A stretch of 64,000 nt of DNA from Zygnema circumcarinatum SAG 698-1b (Eukaryota; Plantae; Zygnematophyceae). Shown in pieces: positions 23,701 through 45,600 of this stretch. The notes under the pieces are model-generated. The model had not been told where the DNA came from. It did no database searches and saw only the letters and a list, made by a program, of their open reading frames with translations. Numbering within the stretch: the stretch's first letter is position 1; every line of letters starts with the position of its first letter. The position numbers were made by a program, and so were the translations under genes. Location: the NCBI GenBank assembly GCA_037447605.1, contig CM074804.1:3945909-4009908 (forward strand), given 5' to 3'.

Positions 23701-25909
23701 AGTGATGGAATCATGGTCGAGTTTGTGGCAAAGCCCATTCCGCAGACTATTGCCGCTGGTTTCCCCACAAATTTAGCAACATACTCCTCAATCTCCACAT
23801 GCAGCTTCGTTGTTCCTGCTCCCATCTCAGAAAAGAGGTTAATTCACAATAAATAACCTCGTTTAAGAGAGGTCGCTTTTATGAGGTCGCTTGTATCAGG
23901 CAATATTAAGACACAAAAAAAATACTTGGAAAGAGTCTCCACGGCTGTAATCTAAACACAGAGGTGACTACTGCGAGTACAAAATGGGAAACGAAGAGTG
24001 GAATATGATAGTTTCATTGAGTGTTGGGAGAGAATCACTTAGAATTTTAATGGGGTAACTTGCTTGTGGCTTGAGGAACCTGCCTAGGATCTTCGACGCG
24101 GAAAGTATACAGAGATCTTTTTCTTCTTTCTATCACAAGGCCATAGCAAGGAGATTTAAACCGATTTCTCCAAGCAAACTTAGAGATTCTCACAGTACTA
24201 CTACCGAATGTAGGCCTGACTTTGGTCGAAAATGAGAATCGAAAACGAAAGGGCAGGAGGTTCACTCAGGAAAAGGACGAGAAGAAAGGGATAAAGAGAG
24301 TGGGAGACCAGCGAGGGAGGAAAGGAGAGAAAAGAAAAGCAGAGTCACCGACAGAATAAGAGGGATGGAGAAAGTGGGAGTGGAGGAGTAGGGTAGGGGA
24401 AAGAGGAAAAAGAAAGAAAGGCGAGAAGAGGCAGAAAGGAAAAGGAGAGCGCCTAGAGAAGAGAGTGACGAAGAGGGAGCACGGAGAGGCAGAGAGGAGA
24501 GGAGGGGAGAGACGCAGCCAGCCTACCTCCATCCACCCTGGGCGAGCAGGTGCTTGCTCCGTACTTCTCCAGCGAGCTTATCACCCGCGGAGTGCAGAAG
24601 ACGTCTGTGGCAGCGAAGCCGAGGTAGTTGTATGACCCGATGTTCAGACAGCGCCGAGACTTGCCAGTCCTCCTGCACACAAATGAAGGCAATAATCAGA
24701 AAATAAAAGAAACCAACTCAACGATTTTCTGCATGAGATATTTCTACTTGTTTCGCGTTTCCATTAATTCTTTCACGTTTTTCCGCACATTATAGTTCAA
24801 GGATATATAGGAATTTGTGCATATTCCCGGCATTACATATTCAAGGAACAGTTAGACTTTTTAATAAAGCATTTTTTCGACGCATTAAATGAAGTTTATT
24901 CGGCAGATATCATTTCTCATCCATGACTGCATTTTTTGCTTCTCAGTTTCTCTCGTCTTTCCCTCCCTTTTACTGTTTCGGAGCATATGCTTCTGTCTCG
25001 TATCTCTAACAGAGAAGGACAAATGAAGTAGATTGTGCGGGGTTTGTATCTATCTCAATCAGTGATTATTTCACTATACAAAAGTCTGCCAAAGACTAGT
25101 GCACAATGAATAAAAGCTTTGTTTTATGGCTTTTAGTGCATTTGGAAATTAGAATGAGGAGGGAGGCAGTGAGAGAGGTGTTGAAGAAGCCTAGTATAGG
25201 GCACACCCACTGTAAACTTACTCCATGTTCACACTATTTGGTTTGAACACACGCTCAACTACGTCGATCCATGAATCCGGAGAGCTGCAAATTGGTCGGT
25301 TCCAGCAATCCTGAAAAACGATAAAAAAAAAAGCAACTTTGCTCTTAAGGTGGACCAGAAAAAGGACAAGTTTTCTTCAATATTGTTTCAGAGGGGAGGA
25401 GGTTTGTTCAAAATTGTGGGCAACAAAGCCTGACCAAAAGATAATACCTGAATTCTGTGGTACAATCGTCTGGTGTAGAAATCCTCAAAGTCTCTGCAAA
25501 GAGGGGCGTATCCCTGCCAAGCGGAGATGGTACAGTGGCTTCATGAGCAAATTCAAGTCGAGAGACAGGGGTGAAACATGGACCGAGGCGAGAACAAGAG
25601 AGAGAGAGGACGGACAGAACGGGGGGGAAAGGGAGACAGCCAGCGACAAGGCAGCCCTTGCTAGCAGGGCCAGACTGATTTAAGTAGATGCAGTATATAA
25701 GGAAGACAGAAGATGCCTTAAACAGAGCAAGTCCATCATCTCAGATATCTCTTCGAGAACAGAGGTAGGAAAACCATCATACTCACTTCCGGAGGCTTAT
25801 TGTGCTTGGAAACTCCTCTGAAAAAGTCTCGCAGGTGGCCGAACACAAAAAGTAGGCCATAGCTGACATAGGTGGCGAGAGCCGCGAAGTAGGGAATCAC
25901 GTACGTCAT
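20789..25909 (-). CDS. LCB2: Serine palmitoyltransferase subunit LCB2 (12 exons)
   Basis: Starts [30 protein letters not shown] (25909-25787). Then [69 protein letters not shown]-lysine motif [20 protein letters not shown]; last exon VIEEVSNL.. with TGA at 20789. Confidence 0.95.
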
Positions 25910-26710
25910 CTCCTTCGCCCGATCGTCCAGAAACCTCCGTTCTTATCCCACTCTTGAAAGTGGCAAGCAGCGCCTTGCAAGCAAAGAAAAACTCGCTAAA
26001 AGTCGGCAGAATCGTTATACAAAAAATTCTCAACTTTCACATTGGCAGATTGAATAGTCGAATGGTCTTTCCTCAGTCCCAGCTGCTGCTCCTGCTGCTG
26101 CGGCGGTGGCGGTTCAGGCAGCCATGGCCACGGCGGGATGGTGCAGACAGACGGCTAGCCGTAGGGAGGTTTTGGGCAGTCCATGCCGTACGGTCCCTTT
26201 TCGTACGGCACAACTGGTGTACTTGTTCGTACTGCCACGTGTCGCGGCCTCCTGGCACGGCGGCCTTCTCGCCAGGCGGGCGGAGCGTTCAAACCGGGTA
26301 GTCGCGTTCAGGGCAGTGACGCAAAACAAGTACCGCACAGAGTGCTCGCGTGGTGTGAAAGCGACGCGTGCCAGGTACGGACTATGCGTTGGGCCCGCCT
26401 CCTGCCCGCTCCCTCCCCTCTGGCGCAGCCCCTCCTCTCGGCTCGTCAGACCGCGCCGCCGCCGCCGCCGGGCGCGGTCATTATTGCCGTACGGTACGGC
26501 ACCCCCTCGCGCCGAAACGGGCAGACGAGGCGCGCTCGGAGCTGTGTCAGAACGGCCAGTTCGACTGGATGCAAGGGACCTGTTCTGTGCGGAGCGAGCC
26601 GGTTCACGCGGAGACACGTAACTGCCTGCATGGAGCTCGCGCCGCAGATCTTCTGGCGACACGTCACCGTCTTCGTCGTTGGGCTGGCTGAAAGTGCGAA
26701 CCTGAAAAGC

Positions 26711-27030
26711 CAGCCTGCAGCCTTCAGCCTTCAGCCTTCAGCCTTCAGCCTTCAGCCTTCAGCCCTTCAGCATTCAGCCTTCAGCCCTTCAGCCTTCAGC
26801 CTTCAGCCTTCAGTCTTCAGCCTTCAGCCTTCAGCCCTTCACCCTTCAGCCTTCAGCATTCAGCCTTCAGCCTTCAGCCTTCAGCCTTCAGCATTCATCC
26901 TTCAGCCCTTCAGCTTTCAGTCTTCAGCCTTCAGCCTTCGGCCTGCAGCCGTCAGCCCTTCCGCCTTCCGCCTTCCGCCCTCAGCCTTCTGCCTTCCGCC
27001 TTCAGCCTTCAGCCTTTCAGCCTTCAGCCT
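26711..27030. repeat. Tandem 7-mer array (TTCAGCC)n with variants
   Basis: About 320 bp of cagcctt units with variants cagccctt, cagcatt, cagtctt, ccgcctt. Confidence 0.95.
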
Positions 27031-27526
27031 GCGTGAAGCCGCGCCCCGGGGGGGCAGACCGGCCGGGGCCGGCTGGGGGAGCGTACGTACGGACGGACGG
27101 ACGAGGGACGGAGGGAGGGAGGCGACTCGAGAGATCGTCCGATCGATGATTACGACGCAAGATTCGCTACGTACGGTGGTCCCTGGAAACATTTGAATGC
27201 ATGCATGGCGCGGTGCGCCGCTGGGGTGGGTCCCGTAGGTACAGTAGTCACCGTTGGCCCGGCCCGGCCGCGCCTGCGAGCGCCACGTCACCCTTGCAAC
27301 TGGAAGCCCTCCACGTCAAAATTTTCTCGCTCACTCTGGTCTGGGTCCAGCCACTGGCATCCTGACACGTGGCTGTGCTGTCCATGTCAGCACTTGCTCC
27401 TCGCCTTGCCTGTCGGCGGTCGTCCAAGCGCCTCTCATCGAAGGCCGGTCGCTGGGGGTGCTTGCAAGTTCGGAACAGGTGCAGGTGTCTTCAGAGCGAG
27501 CAGACTCGCTGTGGAGATACACAGGG

Positions 27527-30500
27527 ATGGATGTTGTGGACGGACTGAATGTGCAAGAATGGCGTAGAAGCGAGCAGCAATGTTCTACAGCTGACAAACA
27601 TTTGCTTGCTTTAGGAATCCTTGCCTGATTGCTCATTCTATTCCAGTTTGTGCTTAGAAAGGTTCTGTGATTTTATCGAGTAGGTTTATTTTCAGCTTAT
27701 AATTCCTACCTTGTATGACTAATTGAAAAGAGGTACACCAGCCGATAAAATAGTACAACCTGCAGATTTAATTGTTTGTAAGCTCGTGGCAGTCAGAATG
27801 CTTCAAGTTTCGACACAATTTCAGGCGAGAGGGAATACCTCTGTTGAAATCAAGAGCGGCTTGCCGCTCAATCTGGCGCCAGAAATTATTGCATTTCTTC
27901 TTCGTGCCAAGGTAGACCCAGAATTTGGACTATGAATGTAAATAAGTGAGAACATCAGCAAGCCCTCTTATTTTGAAACTCGAAAATATTTAATAGACAT
28001 TGGAAACCTTCAAAACACATAAAAGCTGGATAAAATAGCACTTAAATCTTGTACAGTGAAAACTGAGTCAAAACAACCGAGGATAACAAACGTAGGTACG
28101 CTATTGCCATATTCGTCACATGCACTTCCCCTTTAATTTCTCCAGATTTTTTTTGGAGATTCTTGGTCTGATGACACAATAGTAACAGTTAACAATCAGC
28201 CTGATCACGTTACGGTGTTTTGATATCCAGATAGACACAGCCGCAAAAACTCCATTGTTGCCTGTGACAAGGTGGACAGCTGTGCACTATTTTCGTCGAT
28301 ACTTGCGGCTGCTCCTTGCAAACAGCAATCAAAGGCATGATGTCTCGTTCAATATTATGTATAGGCTGCTTTGTGCGAATGCAACTTCATCTGCTTCTTG
28401 AATTCTACCTTCTGCGACGATCTGGCTTCCTGAAAGCTTGTTCATGCATTAGACGTCAAATTAAAATGCGTCAACCCATTTATCAGCTGTGCATACACTT
28501 TGTTTCACGCCTGGATTGATTTCTTAACCATCCTCAGTATACTTGTTTTCACTGGATAAGTTATTCTTGCTTGTTTGGCCCAAAACAAGAGAACTAAATC
28601 TCAAAGAAAGGCATGATAAGTGCAGCTATACGAGCTCGTCTCCACCTCAAGGCTTAGCTGATATTGCTAAGTTCTGGCATCCTGCTAAAGATGATTTTCA
28701 ACTCCTCTCCATCATTTGCTTATGGATAGCCAGCAAGGTGAGGAAAGGCTTCCTCAGGTTCTGCTTCAATGTGCCATCGATTGGTAAACCTGTGCCCTAT
28801 TTTCCTTAATAGTAGTCTACGAAGGTTTGATCTTCACTTCAGTCCCAAGAAATCAAAATAGCAGCCTTCATTCTGATACTTGCTGCAAGGTTGTGGCTTG
28901 GAAACTATTAGATACATGAAACTTCTCCAATTTCTTTGGAACAACTGAAGCCATTGGCAAATGCCACTGTCTCAGACTACATGCTCACTGCGGGAGATAT
29001 CGTGGCCATGGTGAGCTGATGCCGTTGAGCATCTGAATCCGGTGTATTTTCGGTGGTAAACAATGCATGGCTTTCAATGCAAAATGGTAGACTTTTTTGC
29101 TTTTTTTTACAAATAACTCCTTCGCGTTCTTGTGAAATGTGTGCATGGGGACTCTGCTATATTCCTTAAGTCTGCTGAATTTCTAAGATCTTTTCTGCTG
29201 GTCTCGTTTGTCGCAGGAAGTAACTTTTCTGAAGGCAAGCGTGACCCGCTCTCACGAATGACCTCAGATCATCAGTTCATCGCTAAACCTACATGAAACG
29301 CAGAATTAGAACCATCAGTCCTCTCTTTGCATCGAAAAGTAAGCTGTATTGGTAATCTGAACTCTGCCACGGATTCATCCAGATGATCGACTTCGATATT
29401 GATTGTGGAAAGCTCTGCATCTCCATTTTGGGAAACATGCTTCTCCAACTGCGGTCAGACCCTCACCTCGTCCTTCAATGTCTGATCTTAGAGGTTGTTG
29501 CTTCTTCTTCCAAACGTTTGGCCTGCCAAACTTTGGGCCTTGCCGAACAGCGTGCCTCACTGCTAAAGAAGATTCGTTATTGAACCAAATAGCCTATTTG
29601 CATCAGCGTAAATGAGATTCACTCCGTAGAAGAGCAATGCATGCTGGCGCTCTCGATAGCCACAAAGATTCGAATTGTTTGAGGGTTAATGGAGAAAGGT
29701 GTCTTCTATTGTCTGTTCCTGATTGGATGTATCTGTTGTGCAGGAGCACATCCAGATTGGGAAAGAAGGTGACGTTCCAAACATGCAGTGACATTTATAC
29801 TCTCCTTCATGAAAACCCAAAGTATGTTTGGGGCCGAGCTTCTAAACACTTGACAGCTGCCTCCATTATCGTGAGTGAGCCACTTCCCACTGATGCAGTT
29901 CTTGCTGGACCTTTGATCTTGGAGAAATCTTTTGGATATTGATTATGACTAAATTCAATTTTGGTAATGCATTTTGTATGTAAAATGCATTGACATAATG
30001 ACTGTACCATGAGATGGGGAGAGGGGGAGAGAGAGAGAGAGAGAGAAAATGTGGGGGGTGAGGGGGGAAGATCGAGAAGAATAGATTTGTGCCATTAGGA
30101 AGATTCTGACATAAATGACACACCATCATTTGGTACTCTTTTCCTCAGCAAAGCTTTTGTTTGAAGGAAATACAATTGCGCAGGTCGCGGCATATATCTT
30201 GAGCGTACCAAAAGATGAATGCACATTTCCTGTTCTTGCTTGGGGTATGTTCTCCACCGTTTCGTTCGTTACAGCTCTGTAGTAGTGTACAAAAACTCAG
30301 AATGCTGCTTTAGTGCCGAATGGACAGAAGCGAGTAGAGGAACTAGGGGAGGATATGAGCTTAAAACAGGGATGAGAGAGTGGGAGGAGGATAGAGGAGG
30401 ACATTTCGGACGAAGAAAAAGTAAAAAAACAGTGGGGAAAACGGAGAGAATAACCATGGAGACAAAAGAGGACATTGGTCGACGAAAAAAGGCTGCCTTC

Positions 30501-30692
30501 ACCCGCTGTTCTCTTATCAGCTCTTCTTTCGTAGGCTTGCACCTCCTGGAGACAGACCTCTCCTCCTCTCCTAACATTTGCCCTTGTTGTGGCTCCAATC
30601 CCCAATCGCGGCGATCAGCAAGCATGGTCTCCAGGCATTCTCAGGAGGACATCCGCCTTCTCACGCAGAACATACTCGCGTGGGTGCTGTGA
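27527..30692 (+). CDS. Divergent cyclin, CYCJ18-like (5' exons and start uncertain)
   Basis: Spliced peptides WTAVHYFRRY, DDFQLLSIICLWIASK|IHETSPISLEQLK, EVTFLK|MIDFDI, KHLTAASII|VAAYILSVPKDECTFPVLAW|ASMVSRHSQEDIRLLTQNIL. These follow the cyclin-N fold and, from memory, the CYCJ18 C-terminus. Confidence 0.7.
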
Positions 30693-31566
30693 GATCCCGC
30701 GGCCTCCAGTGAACAGCCTACTCACTAAGGTTGCTACTTCTGGCGCTCTGAATTTACGAAATGAATTGACTACAATGCTGCTGCCACAGATGCAGACGAC
30801 AAGCATGAAAATCTGATGCAGTAGATTTTTGCGCAGAATTGGATCCGTGGCACTTCCCGAACATCCCTGCGATGGGGATGCTGCGCAGGATACAACCTCA
30901 ACCTTGCACGGGGCACTGCGGTCCTCACGGTGTTCAGGGTATAGGGTTTTGGCAGACGAGGTCTGCACCGGGAACCTAAAGCACCGTGACAGCGAAGTCG
31001 TGAAGTATGGAGCGAAGAGTAGGGCCAAGTAGCACAGTGGGAGGCATCCATGGGTTGTTCCTTCAGTGGCACATCTGTTCTGTTCTATTGATGGCATGAG
31101 CGCAAAGGCACGAGCACAATGAGTTCGCAATAAGTCCAGACAAATCTGGAAATGCAGAGTCGACGTCGGTATATGCGACCAATCCCTTTTTGTCCACTAT
31201 AGAAAACACAATAAATGCTCTATATTCTCCAAACACAATCGAGTCCAACCGCCTTAAAACGAAAAAAAACCTTTCTTCCAGGTTCTATTCACTCAAAGGG
31301 AAGTACACACCGTTAGAAGTGTAAAAACTGAAGCCTCGCGGAGAGAGGAACACACTTGTCCAGAAGGGGAAAGGGAAACTAAGCTTCTCCATTCAACTAC
31401 AGTCCTTGCTCTAGCTTTCCACTTCGCTATCAGTAACGGAATTGCAAAAGTAGAGGGAGGGAGTGAACGCATCATCTGAACCTGCTCCATGCATCCTCTT
31501 AATCCCTGAAACTATAAAAAGAAAAAAAATTGAAACCATAGAGAGACCTGAATTTATGTGCATCTG

Positions 31567-40984
<9,418 letters not shown>

Positions 40985-41523
40985 ACAGAATCCTTGCATG
41001 CACTCTGTAAGGCGTTTCTTGAATGCAATTGATTTGATTTGATTTTTTTTTTTTTTTAGTTACAATACTTTCTGCAAACGACATACATGCTCGAGAACTG
41101 TGCTGACACTTGTCCCAGAAGCAGCGTATTCAGAGAGCTGGTCGGTGATTTTTGAAGAATGCAGAGTTCAAGGTAACATGACTTTTGAGTTTTTTTTTCC
41201 TCTTCCGCTTTTCTTTCTGCGATTGAAAAAAGCTTAGAGTCTGCTCTGGCTTGCTTTTTGCTTACAACATTTTAATTTCGTCCATGCTTTTTCGTGATTG
41301 CATTGCAGCTACGAGGGGAGATAGGATGCGATCTCCGGTCAAAATGTGTAATTAAAGAAATTTTAGTCATCACTGAAAAATTGAACAAAACCCCCTCTAA
41401 AGCAAGAGGCAACCAGTTGTTGAAAATATCGATTCAACTGCACACCCTCCTTTACATGATTTTTCATTCAATCACTTTTATTTTTTGTTTGGCGTTGAGT
41501 TCCTACATAAAGCCAATAAACCC

Positions 41524-41525
<2 letters not shown>

Positions 41526-41575
<50 letters not shown>
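41526..41575. repeat. (AACT)n tetranucleotide microsatellite
   Basis: aactaactaact... for about 50 bp. Confidence 0.95.
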
Positions 41576-42574
41576 TGTCAATATGGAATGCATAGAAAGC
41601 AAAAATTGAAAGGTTTTGTGGTTGTCAGGGTTGACCGGGTTTTTAGATTTTCAGGAAATCTGATTATCAAAAAAGAGAATTATATGCATTTCAAACATGC
41701 TTACTTTGAAATCAGGATTCAAACGCCTATACAGCTTGTAAAAGAAGGGTTTCGGCATAAAATACATGGTTTTACATCACCACAGGGAAAAAAAAATATA
41801 TATATATATATATATCTTACCAATACGCGCAATCTGTCATTCTCCACACTGCGCAGCACAAGAGATGAGGGCGCAGAGTCGTCGATTTCCATGCTACACT
41901 TGCTAGAAAAAAAAATTATAATCCAGTTTTTTATAAATTTTTCATGCGAGCAGGCGCCCCTTGTAATGGAGGCGATTTTTAGGGCAATTTGCACTTGCAG
42001 GGAGAGCGCGTGAGAGAGGGAGGCGTGCAGCCACTAAGGGAAAGTTGACCCGAGTTGATCCGGGCCAGAAAGGTCAGATCAACTCGTATACTAGGATGTG
42101 AAGATTGAAATTTCGGGTGAAACTGTTGAACCAAGTTGACCCGAGAGTGTAGACTGAAGCTGGAATGAACAGGATCAAGATCCGATCTAAATGTAGTGTG
42201 GAATCGCAGTTTATAAGTTTATCCAAGGAGCAATTCAATTCTTCAACATTGACCCTCGCAATGTAATGTTCATGCGTAGATCCGGATCCACTTCGCCAAA
42301 TTCAAAAATTTGACCGTTTGGAGAGTAGGCCGTTGCTCCCTTCGCCTCTCTCTCCCTCTCTTTCCCTCCCTCTCTCTCTCTCTCTCTCTCTCGCCCGCTG
42401 GTCCCTTCGTATCTTACCTCTCTCCCTCATTTCCTTACCTAAGACTCCTCCTAATTGAAAATCATGAATAATATGCTCTGATTTAAAAAGAACCTCTTCC
42501 TACAAACACTGTAGAAAGCCTTGCGGAATGCGAAAATTTGAGATTCAATAAAGGGACGAGAGGGTGGGTGCGGC

Positions 42575-42655
42575 ATTAGGGCTAAAATTAGGGCGATATT
42601 TAGGGTTAGGGTTAGGATTCGGGTTAGGGTTAGCAATACAAACTAGGCTTAGGTT
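42575..42655. repeat. Degenerate TTAGGG telomere-like array / telo-box cluster just 5' of the CAP-G2 ATG
   Basis: ttagggct..ttagggcg..tttagggttagggttaggattcgggttagggttag. Confidence 0.75.
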
Positions 42656-42664
42656 CCATCAGGC

Positions 42665-45600
42665 ATGCCTTCTGCTCCAGACCAGCGGCTTCTGCATGCT
42701 CTTGAGAATCCATCCCTTGAAATATTCCTCGGCTATGTCTCCCAACATTTGAACAAAAGGAACGCTTTCAAACTCGACGACCTTCTTTGCAAGATATCTG
42801 AAAGGCAGCTTCCGCAACTCTGTGATTCGGTCGCAGAAAAAACTCAACAAAATGTTGAAATTCTCTGCAGACATCACCGACAGGATGATATGGAGACGCT
42901 GTACCCTGAAAACCCTAGTATTGCAAGGAACAAAGGATGTAGTTCTTCACAGGATAGCCAATCAAACGAAGGAAATGAAGGGGCGAGGAGCTTGAGTTCA
43001 GGCGAAGTTGGGAACGGAACTGAGGCTTTTGTCAGCAATGGCTGCACGGACAGCGTCCAGGAAGCTCCTTCGCAAGAAAGAGATGAGGAGTCACAGCAGT
43101 CGGCGGATCCACCGATAAGTGGACCAAACCTACAGCGGGTTCACACTTCAAAGGAGCAGGGAAAAGACACTGCATCACCTTCAATTAGAAAGGAAGCCGA
43201 ATATTTGAAAGGTTTACTTATTATAATAAATTTTTTATTATCAAAATTCAAGGAATCTGGTCCTTCAAGTAGCCTTCTCTCGGCTGTACAGTCCCTTCAT
43301 AGCAGTCTTCTTCAGCTTGATGCAGAGCCTTCCCTTCAAGAAATGATTTCCCGCATCTGTGAAACATGGTGGGCAGAGAAACTTCCTGCAAGAGAAACCC
43401 TTGTGACTCAGACTGTCCCTTATCTTCTGATGAAGGCCCTCCATGGGAGAGCTGCAGATGTGAAGCGAGTCTTTGCACTTCGGTCAGCGATAGATCACTT
43501 TGATTTCGAGGATGAAAGCATTGGAGACCTCAAAAATCTCCTCTTGCGATGTGCGTGTGCTCCGTCCTTTCTCCGATGTTCCTATGGAAACCGATTTTTA
43601 GCACATGTAATGGTTTTAGATATGCAACTTGTGCGGGAGATGACAGTTCTAATAAAAAATCAGATTCCCTCAGGGAGGAAGTCTATTCTGGATATTTACG
43701 GCAAAGTACTCTTTCGTGGTTGGAGATCTGCAAAGGGCCGTTGCTTAGCTGAGATCGAGTACGGCTGCATACAAGTGTTTTGTGAAGCGGCAGTTTACGC
43801 ATCGTCTCCGGCTTTAGCAGCATCTCTGAGACAAGTTCTGAAAGCGTTCTCTGAGCAGAAGAAAGTACGAGAAGTCGACGAAATGCTTCTACGTGTGAAT
43901 GAACCGTTTCTCTTTAGGTCCCTGCAGGTAAACCTTTCTTTCTTTCTCTCTCTATATCTCTGCCTCTACCTCTCTCTCTTTTTTTTCACACTGTCAAATG
44001 CACTCACTAGTATTTGTTTTTTCTGCAGGTGGCAAATCCGCACGTCCGCCAAAACGCCCTTCTCCTACTTTCCTTACTATTTCCCTTACATAACCCCGAT
44101 GCTTCTCTTGAGCAAAACGAAAATCTCCAGGAGAAACAGTATACTCTCTTCTCCAAGCTACTCATGGACCCGTCAGTCAATGTTCGCATTCTGGCCATCA
44201 AAGAAGTTTGTAATACCATGGAGCTGTGGTGGACATTGCTCCCTCCTAACACAACAGCAGGCTTTCTCTCCACTTTAGTCCATGAGTTGGCTCAAGATGT
44301 AGCAAATAGTAATATTCGTCTGGCTGTGCTCGAAGGCATAAGCTTACTTTTGGAGAATCCGCTCACTCATTCAGTGCTGAGACCCTTCCTTCCATCCTTA
44401 GCTTTGTGTCTCGGAGATGTGGCTTTAAAAGTTCGCGTGGCAGCCGCTCGACTGCTATCGATTGTGAGAGAGATTCGAACTATAAAATTTGACGAGGTGA
44501 GCTCAATACAGAAGCCGAACAAGTGGGTCACAGGCATCGGCTTCCATTAACGAATTTGTTAAGCGATTCACCTAAGTGTTGAAAGGAAGATTTCAAAAAG
44601 CTAAACAAGGGAGAAGAAGCGAGAGAAAAAGAGTGAGAGCACTTTACGTAAGTATAACTCATGTGACTTTGCTGACATGGGTCAAACCTGCTATACTACA
44701 TACCCACAGGCACCTGTGAAAACACAATTAGCTGCCATCTGAATCAGAGTTTCTGAAATATGCAGGTCATATATATTAACTCCCTCCTCCAGTGTTTGGC
44801 TACGGATGAACCGGCGGTAGCTCGACTTATCACAAATATACTTACGCCGACATATTTTCCATATTCTTTTCTGTCTTTTTCTGATTCGACGGAGCGTTTT
44901 CTAGTCCTTCTCAATCGTTCACCTTCTGCTGGAGCTAAATTTTCACGATTTTTGCTTCAGGAAGGGGTCCCCCTGGAAACCGTTCTCGAGCTTATCACCT
45001 TTCTCTGTCAAAGCCTTCTCTCGTCTAATGGAAGACAGCCTGCAAGTGTGCCAGGAAAAGGGAAAAAGAAGATGAAAAAATCTGTGAATGGGGGTGAATC
45101 AGGATTCACATACGACCTCGGAGAATCCAGAAATTTGAAAAAAGTAGCTCGGAAAGCAGGCACTTCAGAGGGCGAATTTTCTGCAGGTGGTCAAGGTTCC
45201 GAAAAGGACAAGATAACTCAGCTGGACCCAAGAGAATGGCAAAATGCACTTCTTGATGCTCTACTTGGACTTTGTGAAGACGTATCGAAGAGGAAGGGAC
45301 CTGAAACATTGGAAACCGTGATAGATGGAGAAACAGCGAAGTTACTATTGACCCGAGCCAAGAGTCCGAAAAGCCGAACATTAGTATTAAAGATTGCAGC
45401 CTGTTTACCCCCCGCAAAAATTCCTGCTTTAGTGGCCTTTTGTGGACAGGAGATTATGGGGTATAGAGGAAATGTTGCTCTGACCGGTGAAGAAGGAGAG
45501 GAAGTAAAAGCGATTCTTTCATTTGTGGTAGCCTGGGGGGGCCTCGGCGATTTTTTAGCAGCTTTAAGTTCAGCTTTAAAATCAAAAAACGCAGAAAGCA

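Noticed and set aside
26711-27030. Possible CRISPR-like array
   Set aside because: Contiguous 7-mer units with no unique spacers, no cas genes, and a eukaryotic context.
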